From Gemmata obscuriglobus (lineage in GTDB: Bacteria; Planctomycetota; Planctomycetia; Gemmatales; Gemmataceae), in the NCBI RefSeq assembly GCF_008065095.1, contig NZ_CP042911.1:1320001-1352000 (forward strand): a stretch of DNA of 32,000 nt, written 5' to 3'. The notes under the pieces are model-generated. The model did not search any database and was not told the DNA's origin. It saw only the letters and a program-made list of their open reading frames with translations. Positions 1 through 8,745 of the stretch are shown here, in pieces. Within the stretch, counting starts at the first letter, position 1; each line of letters opens with the position of its first letter. A program made the translations under genes and the position numbers.

Positions 1-2026
1 TCGTCGGGGGGCGGTTCACCGCGATCAGAAACGCCCGGCCCACGAACTTCTCGCGGTCCGCGCCCGCCTCTTTCGTCACGCGGGCGGCCAGTTGCTTCCC
101 GAACCCGATCACCAGCGCGTCGTTCAGCATCGCCAGCGATTGCGGGGCGGTCGTCGTCACGAACCGGCGCGCACAGGTTTCGTTGCGGTCCGGCGCGTCG
201 AACAGCGTGAACAGCGGGTAGCGCAGGTTCCGCTTCACGAAGACGTACACGCTCCGGCGGTTGCGCTCCGACACGTCTGCGGTCGGCGTCCACCGCCCGG
301 CGGAGGACTTCTGCAACTCGGCGGGCAGTTCCGGGAACACCCCGGGGCCGCCGGCCTTCAGGTTCAACTGGCCCGACACCGCCAGCATCGCGTCCCGCAG
401 CGCCTCCCCGTCGAGCCGGCGCCGCGGGTACTGCCACAGGAGCTTGTTGTCGGGGTCGGCCGTGGCGCCCGCTTCTTCTCCCCTGGCCCCCTGGCGGAAC
501 GCCGCCGACAGCACCATCAGTTTGTGAACGTGCTTCAGTGACCAGTTCTTCGCAACCAGCTCGTCCGCGAGCCAGTTCAGCAGCTCGGGGTGCGTCGGGC
601 GGTCGCCGGTCACGCCGAAGTCGCTCGACGTGCGCACGATCCCGTACCCGAACCGCTGCTGCCACAGGCGGTTCACGATTACCCGCGCGGTGAGCGGGTT
701 CTCGCGCGACGCGACCCAGCCGGCGAGCGCGGCCCGGCGCCCGACGGAGCCGTTCGTCGGCTGGGGGGCTGCGTCGCGGTCGTCGATGGTGGCGATGAAC
801 CCCGGGTCCAGTTTCGCGCCGGGCTTTTGCCAGTTCCCGCGCTTGTAGAGGTTCGTGGGGGGCGGCGTCGGGAGGTCCGTCATCGCCATAGCCCGCGGCG
901 GTTCCGGGGGCTTCTCGTTCGCCCACTGTGAGAGCTGCGCTTTCAGCGCGGCCACCCGCTCTTTCTCCGCGGGCTTGAGGCTCTTGGATACGTCCCCGCG
1001 GACGTTGACCTGCTTGTCGATCAGTTGCCCGAGCTGCTTCTGAATGGGGGTGCGGCTCTCGAACGGGATGTCGAGCAGGCTCGCGTACTCGTCGGGGAAC
1101 CGGGTCCGCTGCTTCGCGCTCGCCTTCTGGTGGTACGGCCCCTCGATCGCCTCGATCGCGGCCCGGATCTCGGCCGTTTTCGCCTCCCACGCGGCGAGCT
1201 TCTTCTGGTACTCGGCCCGCGCGCCGGGTGTCAGCAGGACCGCCTCGGTCGGCCACATGCCGGCGAAGAACGCCTGGAGCCGGAAGTAGTCCTTCTGCGT
1301 GATGGGGTCGTACTTGTGGTCGTGGCAGCGGGCGCACCCGGACGTGAGCGCGAGGAACGTGCCCGAGGTCGTGTCGGTGATGTCGGTCAGCACCTCGTAG
1401 CGGCGCTGCTCCAGGTTGACCGCGTTGTACTCATCCGGGTAGTGCCGCAGGAACCCCGTGGCGACGAGGGCGTCCGGGTCGTCGGGGTACAGCTCGTCCC
1501 CGGCGAGTTGCTCCTTCACGAAGCGGTCGAAGGGCTTGTCGGCGTTGAAGCTCTTGATGACGTAGTCGCGGTACCGCCACGCGTTCGGGCGCGGCGCGTC
1601 GGCGTTGAACCCGTCGGTCTCCGCGAACCGGACCACGTCGAGCCAGAACAGCGCCTGGCGCTCGCCGTACTGCGGCGATGCCATCAGCCGGTCGACCAAC
1701 TTTTCGTAAGCGCCGGGAGAGTTGTCGCGCGCGAACGCTTCGACCTCCTCCGGGGCCGGCGGCAGGCCGATGAGGTCGAAGTACGCGCGGCGGATCAGCA
1801 CGCGGCGGTCCGCTTCTGGCGCGAACGTCAGCTTGTGTTCGGCAAGTTTCGCGAGCAGGAACCGATCGATGTCGTTCCGTGCCGCCGTCTTCTGTGCGGG
1901 GACGTCCGGCACCGCGGGCCGCTTGAACGGCTTGTACGCCCACTCCGCGCCGGGTTCGGCGGCGGGGGCGGACGCGGCGACGATCAGCAGAAGAGCCGCG
2001 GCGGAAAAACGGGGCAGCGACCGCAT
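1..2026 (-). CDS. DUF1549/DUF1553 (PSCyt2 + PSD1) family protein, 3' end cut by window edge
   Basis: Absent from the ORF track because it is edge-truncated. Reverse translation from ATG at 2026 gives MRSLPRFSAAALLLIVAASAPAAEP (signal peptide) ... DIDRFLLAKL ... GCARCHDHKYDPITQKDYFRLQAFF (DUF1549-type CxxCHDHKxDP) ... NPLTARVIVNRLWQQRFG ... RRSVYVFVKRNLRYPLFTLFDAPD (DUF1553-type). The frame stays open to position 1. Confidence 0.85.
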   Translation of the reverse strand, partial: MRSLPRFSAAALLLIVAASAPAAEPGAEWAYKPFKRPAVPDVPAQKTAARNDIDRFLLAKLAEHKLTFAPEADRRVLIRRAYFDLIGLPPAPEEVEAFARDNSPGAYEKLVDRLMASPQYGERQALFWLDVVRFAETDGFNADAPRPNAWRYRDYVIKSFNADKPFDRFVKEQLAGDELYPDDPDALVATGFLRHYPDEYNAVNLEQRRYEVLTDITDTTSGTFLALTSGCARCHDHKYDPITQKDYFRLQAFFAGMWPTEAVLLTPGARAEYQKKLAAWEAKTAEIRAAIEAIEGPYHQKASAKQRTRFPDEYASLLDIPFESRTPIQKQLGQLIDKQVNVRGDVSKSLKPAEKERVAALKAQLSQWANEKPPEPPRAMAMTDLPTPPPTNLYKRGNWQKPGAKLDPGFIATIDDRDAAPQPTNGSVGRRAALAGWVASRENPLTARVIVNRLWQQRFGYGIVRTSSDFGVTGDRPTHPELLNWLADELVAKNWSLKHVHKLMVLSAAFRQGARGEEAGATADPDNKLLWQYPRRRLDGEALRDAMLAVSGQLNLKAGGPGVFPELPAELQKSSAGRWTPTADVSERNRRSVYVFVKRNLRYPLFTLFDAPDRNETCARRFVTTTAPQSLAMLNDALVIGFGKQLAARVTKEAGADREKFVGRAFLIAVNRPPT

Positions 2027-2148
2027 TTCCGATCCCTCGGGGGGCACGAGTACCTGCCACGATCTTACTTCAGTGCCGCGCGAGAAGAAATCGGAAACTG
2101 GCGACGTACAACAGCCCGGCACGATCACACCCGATCCTGAGGTCCCTC

Positions 2149-2616
2149 ATGGGCGAACGCGAACAGAAGCTCGAAGCCGCCGGTTTCCCACTCGACCGCG
2201 GTCCGAAGGAGGGACCCGTCATCGACCTGCTCTCGGTCCTCGGCGACACGGTCTACGCGTCGGGCCAGGTGCCCTACGACGCCGGCGTGTTGACCAGCAA
2301 GGGCAAGGTGCCGTCGCAGGTGTCGGTGGAGGAGGCGACCCGCGCCGCGGCGCTGTGCGCGGCCAACATCCTCCGCGCCGTCGTGCTCAAGCTCGGCTCG
2401 CTGGACCGCATCGAGCGGGTGGTGCGCGTGACTGGGTACGTGAACACCGACCCCGACTTCACCGACTGCCACCTGGTCATCAACGGGGCCACCGACCTGC
2501 TGAAAGCCGTGTTCGGGCCGGACGCCGGGCGCCACGCCCGTACCGCCCTGGGGATGGGCCAGTTGCCGCTCGGCACGAGCGTCGAAGTGGAGGCGATTTT
2601 TCAACTCCGGAAGTGA
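2149..2616 (+). CDS. RidA/YjgF/endoribonuclease L-PSP family protein
   Basis: 155 aa. VYASGQVPYD...KGKVPSQVSVEEATRAAALCAANIL...RVTGYVNTDPDF...ARTALGMGQLPLGTSVEVEAIF is a typical RidA-fold signature. ATG start. Confidence 0.8.
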   Translation: MGEREQKLEAAGFPLDRGPKEGPVIDLLSVLGDTVYASGQVPYDAGVLTSKGKVPSQVSVEEATRAAALCAANILRAVVLKLGSLDRIERVVRVTGYVNTDPDFTDCHLVINGATDLLKAVFGPDAGRHARTALGMGQLPLGTSVEVEAIFQLRK

Positions 2617-2690
2617 CCCCACGGCCGCCGGGCGCCGGGCGCATTCGGCCCCGCGCGTTGACGGTGGAACGGGGGGCGATATCTTGGAGA

Positions 2691-2877
2691 ACGCTGGACG
2701 GGTTCCGTGCCGCCCCCATCGGGCGGCGCGGACGAAGAGGGAAGCCGGTGCGATTCCGGCGCAGGGCCGCTGCTGTGTTCGGCCAGAGCTTCGCGCAACT
2801 TGAGCCACTGCGGGCGACCGCGGGAAGGCCGCGCGAGGCTCGCTAAGAGCCGTTAGCCAGAAGACCTGCCCGTCAGC
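2691..2877 (+). promoter_or_regulatory. Cobalamin (B12) riboswitch, copy 1
   Basis: P1 pairs CGCTG(G)ACGGG (2691-2701) with CCCGTCAGCG (2868-2877). Core is AGAGGGAAGCCGGTGCGATTCCGGCGCAGGGCCGCTGCTGT, followed by GAGCCACTGCGGG...CGCGGGAAGGC. B12 box AGCCAGAAGACCTGCC lies at 2854-2869. Confidence 0.85.
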
Positions 2878-2902
2878 GATTCCACTGTTCGAGGCCCCGG
2901 AC

Positions 2903-2962
2903 CGGGCCGGCGGACGGGCGACTGCTTCTTCGTGCTGCGCGCGCAGCCGGCTGGCCCGTTTT
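2903..2962 (+). terminator. Putative expression-platform terminator of riboswitch 1
   Basis: GGGCCGGC (2903-2910) can pair with GCCGGCtgGCCC (2945-2956), followed by GTTTTT. This is the only T5 run in a very GC-rich leader, and it lies between the aptamer and the AAGGAG RBS (3007-3012). Confidence 0.4.
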
Positions 2963-3019
2963 TGCGCTCCCGGTCCGCCCGAACCGCTCTCGCCCGACCC
3001 GGCGAGAAGGAGCCGACCC

Positions 3020-3832
3020 GTGCGCCGTTCGCGTCCGCAGTCCTTTTCACAATTCGCCTCACGCCTTCAGACGCGCCGCCGCGCGTTCACGCTGATCGAG
3101 CTGCTGGTCGTGATCGCGATCATCGCCATTCTCATCGGGTTACTGCTGCCCGCCGTCCAGAAGGTCCGCGCGGCGGCAGCGCGGATCAAGTGCGCCAACA
3201 GCCTGAAACAAATCGGACTTGCGCTGCACAACCACGCCGACACCAACGGCGGCCGGTTCACCGTTTCGTCGATGAAGTCGTCTCCGAACGTCACGTTCAC
3301 CGATTGGTACTGGTTCGGGTTGATCACCAACAACACCTCCACCCCGCGGGTGATGGACCCGAGTAAGGGCATTTTGTCCCCCTACCTCGAAGGGAACCGG
3401 GCGATCGTGCAGTGCCCGAATTTCTCTCCTGAACGATTCGCACTCCGATTCGACGTTCCGGTCGCCAGTTACGCGTACAACGACAACTTCAGCAGTTGGG
3501 ACGTGGCGGGCGAGACGATCGTGTCGGTGAGCAACCGGCGTGGCACGTCCGCAACGATCGCGTTCGCGGACTCGGCCAACGCACCCAGCAACACCCCGTT
3601 CGACAAGCTGACCGAGAACTGGTACCTGTCGTCCCCGTCGCAAAAGTACCCCAACGTACACTTCCGGCACGACGGGATTGCGAACGTGTGTTTCGCCGAC
3701 GGGCACGTCGAGACCCGCACCCCGACGATTAACGGGGCACCGTCCTGGGAGAACCCGGCCGCGACGGTCCTGCGCAATAAGGAGGTCGTCTGGGACATCG
3801 GAGCCAGCGACATCGAGTTCGGTAAAGAGTGA
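3020..3832 (+). CDS. DUF1559 family protein (prepilin-type N-terminal cleavage/methylation domain + H-X9-DG motif)
   Basis: GTG start 8 nt after [40 protein letters not shown] is the class III signal/methylation motif. C-terminal [18 protein letters not shown] is H-X9-DG-like. Confidence 0.9.
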   Translation: MRRSRPQSFSQFASRLQTRRRAFTLIELLVVIAIIAILIGLLLPAVQKVRAAAARIKCANSLKQIGLALHNHADTNGGRFTVSSMKSSPNVTFTDWYWFGLITNNTSTPRVMDPSKGILSPYLEGNRAIVQCPNFSPERFALRFDVPVASYAYNDNFSSWDVAGETIVSVSNRRGTSATIAFADSANAPSNTPFDKLTENWYLSSPSQKYPNVHFRHDGIANVCFADGHVETRTPTINGAPSWENPAATVLRNKEVVWDIGASDIEFGKE

Positions 3833-3873
3833 AGCTAGCCCAGACCATTCACAGTAGTGCTCACGTGTCCATA

Positions 3874-3910
3874 ATTCTCAAGGTGCGTAATCCCTGGGGG
3901 GATTGAGAAT
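3874..3910 (+). terminator. Hairpin downstream of DUF1559 gene 1, possible intrinsic terminator
   Basis: ATTCTCAA...AATCCC tggg GGGATT GAGAAT (outer arms 3874-3881 / 3903-3910) followed by TTTCTGATT. It sits in an unusually AT-rich intergenic stretch (3840-4020). Confidence 0.4.
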
Positions 3911-4201
3911 TTCTGATTGAGTGTCAAGTCAAATATTGCGCGAGCGATCACTGATATTAAACTATCAATATCTTCGCAAGCAACTACCTCGCAACCGTTT
4001 GTGCCGATATCGTGAATGGTCTGGTGAAGCTAGCCGTGAACCCTTCTGTGTCTGGCATCGTCCATCCCGGCTCCGACGGACGAGCAGCCGCGGGACACCG
4101 GGTTCCGCCCCTGCCGGATCGGGTGCGTGGCGCCGTGCCGGACACCGGGGCATTAGCCCCCGGCGCGTTGACGGTGGAGCGGGGTGCGATATCTTGGAGA
4201 A

Positions 4202-4387
4202 CGCTGGACGGGTTCCGTGCCGCCCCATCGGGCGGCGCGGACGAAGAGGGAAGCCGGTGCGATTCCGGCGCAGGGCCGCTGCTGTGTTCGGCCAGAGCTT
4301 CGCGCAACTTGAGCCACTGCGGGCGACCGCGGGAAGGCCGCGTGAGGCTCGCTAAGAGCCGTTAGCCAGAAGACCTGCCCGTCAGCG
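4202..4387 (+). promoter_or_regulatory. Cobalamin (B12) riboswitch, copy 2
   Basis: Same P1 (4202-4212 / 4378-4387), same GGGAAGCCGGTGCGATTCCGG core, and B12 box AGCCAGAAGACCTGCC at 4364-4379. Confidence 0.85.
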
Positions 4388-4412
4388 ATTCCACTGTTCG
4401 AGGCCCCGGACC

Positions 4413-4472
4413 GGGCCGGCGGACGGGCGACTGCTTCTTCGTGCTGCGCGCGCAGCCGGCTGGCCCGTTTTT
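4413..4472 (+). terminator. Putative expression-platform terminator of riboswitch 2
   Basis: Duplicate of 2903-2962, ending in GTTTTT. Confidence 0.4.
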
Positions 4473-4528
4473 GCGCTCCCGGTCCGCCCGAACCGCTCTC
4501 GCCCGACCCGGCGAGAAGGAGCCGACCC

Positions 4529-5410
4529 GTGCGCCGTTCGCTTCCGCAGTCCTTTTCACAATTCACCTCACGCCTTCAGACGCGCCGCCGCGCGTTCACG
4601 CTGATCGAGTTGCTGGTGGTGATCGCGATCATCGCCATTCTCATTGGGTTACTGCTACCGGCCGTCCAGAAGGTCCGCGAAGCGGCGGCGCGAACCAAGG
4701 GCCAGAACAACATGCGGCAGCTCACCCTCGCCGCGATGAACTTCGAGTCCGCTCACGGCACCCTCCCCCACGCCTACGAGCTTCAGACCGCCGACTACCT
4801 TCAGGCCAAGTACCTGTTCGGGTACGCGACCTCGGCCCCGCCCAGTTACGCGGTCGTCTCGGTGGACCCGACCCAGGGGATTCTCAGCCCGTACTACGAG
4901 GGCAACAACACCATCAACGTGTCCCCGAAGTTCGACGCGCTGCGGTCGAGCATCGCCCCCGTGTTCCTCGGCTCAACGGGGGGGTACGCCTACAACCGGA
5001 ACCTGATCTCGAACCCGGCCAGCCCGCAGTCGTACACCGTCAAAGTGCCGGTGAAGGGGCGGACCATTTCCACCATCCCCGCCACCTCGCAGACGTACAT
5101 GTTCGCGGAGGTGCTGCTGCTCAACTCGAGCGGGAGCCTGACGGAACAGGGGTCGTGTATGTTCGGCTCGCCGCTCATCACGAACCAGGCGACGAGCAGC
5201 TACGGCGCGGCGTTCTCGCCGTTCTGGTGGAACGGCCAGTCGATGGTGTCGTTCGTGGACGGGCACGTGGAGCTGCGCGGCCCGATGACGCCGGAGCCGT
5301 CGGTAGCGCCGTTCTCCCAAACCACCTGGGACACGGCGAAGACCACCTACAAGTCCATTCAGCTCGGCTTCCTGCCGCACGCGGCGGACGGGCGCTACAC
5401 CACGGACTGA
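4529..5410 (+). CDS. DUF1559 family protein (prepilin-type N-terminus, H-X9-DG)
   Basis: GTG start. [35 protein letters not shown]-terminal [16 protein letters not shown]. The body diverges from gene 1 after about residue 55. Confidence 0.9.
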   Translation: MRRSLPQSFSQFTSRLQTRRRAFTLIELLVVIAIIAILIGLLLPAVQKVREAAARTKGQNNMRQLTLAAMNFESAHGTLPHAYELQTADYLQAKYLFGYATSAPPSYAVVSVDPTQGILSPYYEGNNTINVSPKFDALRSSIAPVFLGSTGGYAYNRNLISNPASPQSYTVKVPVKGRTISTIPATSQTYMFAEVLLLNSSGSLTEQGSCMFGSPLITNQATSSYGAAFSPFWWNGQSMVSFVDGHVELRGPMTPEPSVAPFSQTTWDTAKTTYKSIQLGFLPHAADGRYTTD

Positions 5411-5491
5411 ACCCGCGGGCCGGCCCCCCTGTCGTTGCAAGGAGCTGCGCCGCGTGCGCGGCTCCTCTTATTCCCAATTGGGCTGCCGCTG

Positions 5492-6121
5492 ATGAGCCAC
5501 GTCGTTCTGCTGGGCGATTCGATCTTCGACAACGCTCTCTACGTTCCGGACCGGCCGCCGGTGATCGAGCAGGTGCGCCGCGGGTTGCCCGCAGGTTGGA
5601 AGGGCACGCTGGTCGCCGTGGACGGGGCTACCGTTGAGGGCATCGCGTTGCAACTGCCGCGCGTGCCCGCCGACGCCAGCCACCTCGTGCTGAGCATCGG
5701 CGGGAACGACGCGCTCCTGGCCGCGGGGCTCTTGCGCGAGCCGGCCGTGACCGTGGGCGACGCGCTCGCCACCCTCGCGGAGGCGCTGGCCGAGTTCCGC
5801 ACCGCATATCAGCGGATGTTGCAGAGCGTCCTCGCGCTCAAGAAGCCGACCGCCGTTTGCACCATTTACGACGCGATCCCCGTGATCGGTGCCGCGGAGC
5901 GGGCCGCGCTGGCGGGGTTCAACGACACCATCGCGCGGGCCGCCGTCGGGTCTGGGCTGCCGCTCGTCGATTTGCGGGTGGTCTGCGACCACGCCGACGA
6001 CTACGCGCCGGTGTCGCCCATCGAGCCGTCGGTGGTGGGCGGGGCGAAGATTGCGGACGCCATTTGTCGAATGATTGCGGGCCACGACTTCGGCGTGGCG
6101 CGAACGGTGGTGTGGGTGTGA
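5492..6121 (+). CDS. SGNH/GDSL-type hydrolase
   Basis: MSHVVLLGDSIFDN (block I GDS), LSIGGNDA (block II), C-terminal D..H region. I place the start at ATG 5492 rather than the track start 5435. Confidence 0.75.
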   Translation: MSHVVLLGDSIFDNALYVPDRPPVIEQVRRGLPAGWKGTLVAVDGATVEGIALQLPRVPADASHLVLSIGGNDALLAAGLLREPAVTVGDALATLAEALAEFRTAYQRMLQSVLALKKPTAVCTIYDAIPVIGAAERAALAGFNDTIARAAVGSGLPLVDLRVVCDHADDYAPVSPIEPSVVGGAKIADAICRMIAGHDFGVARTVVWV

Positions 6122-6308
6122 CCGACCGGAGCAGGCGTTGCGTTCTGCGCGGTTTTGCACGGGCACGAATCGCGCCGAGCACACGGGCGGGCCTGTCTCG
6201 GAAAAGCCATTCTTTCGGTTTATTGTTCTAGATTCGATCTGGTGTGCTTCACACCAAACAGCCGGACCACCCGGCACACACTACCACGTCTTGTTTTGAA
6301 GGTCTCGT

Positions 6309-7190
6309 ATGTGCTCTCCCGTTTCGCGCTCGCGGCGTGGGTTCACGCTAATCGAGCTGCTGGTCGTCATCGCCATCATCGCCATCCTGATCGGGCTGCT
6401 GTTACCGGCCGTGCAGAAGGTGCGCGAGGCCGCGTCCCGCATGAAGTGCCAGAACAACCTCAAACAAATGGGGCTGGCGTTCCACAACTACAACGACACG
6501 GCCAACAAGCTGCCCACCGGGTGGGTCACGACCGCCGCCACCAAGCCCAACCCGGGTTGGGCCTGGGGCGTGCTGATCCTGCCGATGCTCGAGCAGGACA
6601 ACATGTACAAGTCGCTGGCCCCGGACCTGGTCACCCCTGGCACGGCGCCGGTCAACTCGCTCACCCAGAGCAAGCTGGCGGTCTTCCGCTGCTCCTCCGA
6701 TCCGGCCAGTGACGACACCCACCCGGGGTACCAGTCCTACGCCCGTTCTAACTACGTGGTGAACCGCGAGGTGACCGGGCCGGACGCCAACAACAACCCC
6801 ACCAACCTGACGATCCAGACCATCAGCGACGGGTCCAGCAACACCATCCTGGTGGGCGAGCGGGACTCGGTCATCACCAGCGGGGCGGTCTGGCCCGCCC
6901 GGTCCAGCGTGTCGTCGGCGAGCTTCGAGGGGCGCCCGGGGCGCGGGCTGAACGTCAAGCACTCGAACGTGACCAGCCCCGGCTCCGACTGCGCCCGGCT
7001 CGGGTTCACCAGCCAGCACTCCGGCGGGGTCAACTTCCTGCTGGGCGACGGGTCCGTGCGGTTCATCCGCCAGAGCATCGACGCGGACCAGTCGGCGGAC
7101 CAGTGCGCGTACCCGGCCGCCACCGGCAACTACACGTTCCAGAACCTGATCCACCCGTCCGACGGGTACCCGATCAGCGGCAACTTCTGA
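6309..7190 (+). CDS. DUF1559 family protein (prepilin-type N-terminus, H-X9-DG)
   Basis: ATG start. [53 protein letters not shown] ... [17 protein letters not shown]. No riboswitch upstream. Confidence 0.9.
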   Translation: MCSPVSRSRRGFTLIELLVVIAIIAILIGLLLPAVQKVREAASRMKCQNNLKQMGLAFHNYNDTANKLPTGWVTTAATKPNPGWAWGVLILPMLEQDNMYKSLAPDLVTPGTAPVNSLTQSKLAVFRCSSDPASDDTHPGYQSYARSNYVVNREVTGPDANNNPTNLTIQTISDGSSNTILVGERDSVITSGAVWPARSSVSSASFEGRPGRGLNVKHSNVTSPGSDCARLGFTSQHSGGVNFLLGDGSVRFIRQSIDADQSADQCAYPAATGNYTFQNLIHPSDGYPISGNF

Positions 7191-7285
7191 CGCCCCTGCG
7201 GGCACGCACTCGGAGCCGCGGGGGGCCGCGGCCCTCTCCCATCATCCCCGGCGCCCGGCGCGGCGCCGGCACACCGAGGACGACC

Positions 7286-7750
7286 ATGCGCAAATTCGGG
7301 TACACGATCCGGGCCGCCGGTTTATTCCTGTTCCTCGCCGCGCTCGCTGGGTGCGGCGGCGGCGGTGCGTCCGTCGAGGGGACAGTGACGTTCAACGGCG
7401 AACCGGTCGATGAGGGCGGCATCAACTTCGTGCCGGTCGACGGAAAGGGCACCAAGATGGGTGCCGAGATCAAGAACGGGAAGTACGCCGTACCGTCCGA
7501 CCGCGGCGCGCAACCGGGCAACTACAAGGTCGAGGTCTACTGGAACAAGAAGACCGGTCGGACGTTGACGGACACCGCCGACACCGGCGCCAAGACGAGT
7601 GAAACGAAGCAGGTGATCCCGGAGCAGTTCAACACCAAGACGACCCTGACCGCCGACCTCAAGGGCGGGAGCAACGCCGCAGTCAACTTCGACCTGAAAG
7701 GGACCGCAGCGGGCGGCAAGGGTAAAGGCCCCAAGGCGGTCGGGGACTGA
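7286..7750 (+). CDS. Lipoprotein with carboxypeptidase-regulatory-like beta-sandwich (common DUF1559 partner)
   Basis: ATG 7286 after GAGGA. LFLFLAALAGCGG is a lipobox. VEGTVTFNGEPVDEGGINFVPVDG...NGKYAV...PGNYKVEV. The track ORF (7103) has an implausible N-terminal extension. Confidence 0.7.
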   Translation: MRKFGYTIRAAGLFLFLAALAGCGGGGASVEGTVTFNGEPVDEGGINFVPVDGKGTKMGAEIKNGKYAVPSDRGAQPGNYKVEVYWNKKTGRTLTDTADTGAKTSETKQVIPEQFNTKTTLTADLKGGSNAAVNFDLKGTAAGGKGKGPKAVGD

Positions 7751-7855
7751 TGTCAGGTTCGTTTGATTCGTTGCCGGGGTAACCGGCGCGGGTGCCGGAT
7801 CGGGCGCTTCGCCGCACGCGGCGCACGTGTTTCCGGCCCGGGTTGCGTGTCGCCA

Positions 7856-8284
7856 TCACGCCGGATCGGGCGTTGCGGCGGCGAACGCCTTCGCGGTGTC
7901 GTACAGCTCGAAGTAATCGACCGCGAGGCCGTCGCGGAACCGCCACCGGTTCGCGACGTGCGTTTCCGCGGTTTTGCCCGTCTTGAGGTTGCGGAACGCA
8001 CACACCCCGAACACCGCCACCCGGTCCCCGAAGGCGATGATGTCGTGTACGGTGTAGTGGACCATCTCCCATTCCGCGCTGAGGGCGGAGAAGTACCCGC
8101 GGGCCGCGTCCTTCCCGGCCCGCGCGGCCGAGAACTTCATGCCCGGGGCGCCGTCCGCCACGGAGCGCATCTGGATGTCGTCGGCCAGGAGCGCGACCCA
8201 CGTTTCGACACTGCGGCCGCGCGAGTCGTGCCACTGCTGGTATGCGTTCCGCAACTTCGCGACGACCTCATCACTCGCGCTCAC
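7856..8284 (-). CDS. SnoaL-like / NTF2-fold (ketosteroid-isomerase-like) protein
   Basis: GTG 8284 sits 6 nt after GGAGA. DEVVAKLRNAYQQWHDSRG...WVALLADDIQMRSVA...VHDIIAFGDRVAVFG...HVANRWRFRDGLAVDYFELYDTA. The upstream part of track ORF 7856-8629 looks non-coding. Confidence 0.7.
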   Translation of the reverse strand: MSASDEVVAKLRNAYQQWHDSRGRSVETWVALLADDIQMRSVADGAPGMKFSAARAGKDAARGYFSALSAEWEMVHYTVHDIIAFGDRVAVFGVCAFRNLKTGKTAETHVANRWRFRDGLAVDYFELYDTAKAFAAATPDPA

Positions 8285-8537
8285 GGTACGTCTCCTGGTT
8301 GCCTGTAGGCGAATACCCGTTGTTGGGGGCCGACCGATTACGCAGCCGCAGTTGCACCGCACTGCGCTGATGCGCCCGAAGCGTGAGTGACGGCAACCGT
8401 TGTCCCGTGCGTGTGCTTCGAGTTTATCCCGGTACCGAACCGCGGCCACGTGTTCGGTCGGCGGTCGGTGCGGGAAGTCGTACCGAAGCGTGTGGGCGAG
8501 ATCCCAGCAGGCGAACGTGTTCGCGCTGCACTTTCTG

Positions 8538-8597
8538 ACGAGCCACGACCGCAAGGGAGCGGGGAACGTATTGCGCTCCCTTGCGGTCGCGGCTCGT
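8538..8597. repeat. 24-bp-stem hairpin of unknown function
   Basis: ACGAGCCaCGACCGCAAGGGAGCG / CGCTCCCTTGCGGTCGcGGCTCGT, 23/24 paired with a 12-nt loop. No T tract on either side. Confidence 0.3.
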
Positions 8598-8681
8598 TCC
8601 CAAACGTTACCAACACCCCAGCCGTGCAATTAGACTTATGCCCGCAGCTTATACCGTGCGTTTATGAGGTACAAGCGAAAA

Positions 8682-8727
8682 CGCGGACGGCCGCTCGTCG
8701 AGTCACTCGACGAGCGGCCGTCCGCGG
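8682..8727 (-). terminator. Intrinsic terminator of the giant minus-strand gene
   Basis: Perfect 19-bp stem GCGGACGGCCGCTCGTCGA / TCGACGAGCGGCCGTCCGC about 20 nt after the stop at 8746. On the minus strand it is followed by GTTTTCGCTT. Confidence 0.6.
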
Positions 8728-8745
8728 AAACCGGCGTGGGTGCGA

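Larger units (their letters stand above)
2641..3170 (+). repeat. Copy 1 of a ~530-bp direct segmental duplication (riboswitch + leader + first ~150 nt of a DUF1559 gene)
   Basis: Aligns base-for-base with 4151-4680 at an offset of 1510-1511, with only scattered substitutions and one 1-nt indel. Confidence 0.9.
4151..4680 (+). repeat. Copy 2 of the ~530-bp direct segmental duplication
   Basis: See 2641-3170. Confidence 0.9.

Noticed and set aside
3918-3975. Sigma70-like promoter (TTGCGC-N16-TAAACT) in the AT-rich gap upstream of riboswitch 2
   Set aside because: It is plausible by eye, but planctomycete promoter consensus is poorly defined and several alternative hexamer pairs fit equally well. 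This is not enough to annotate it.
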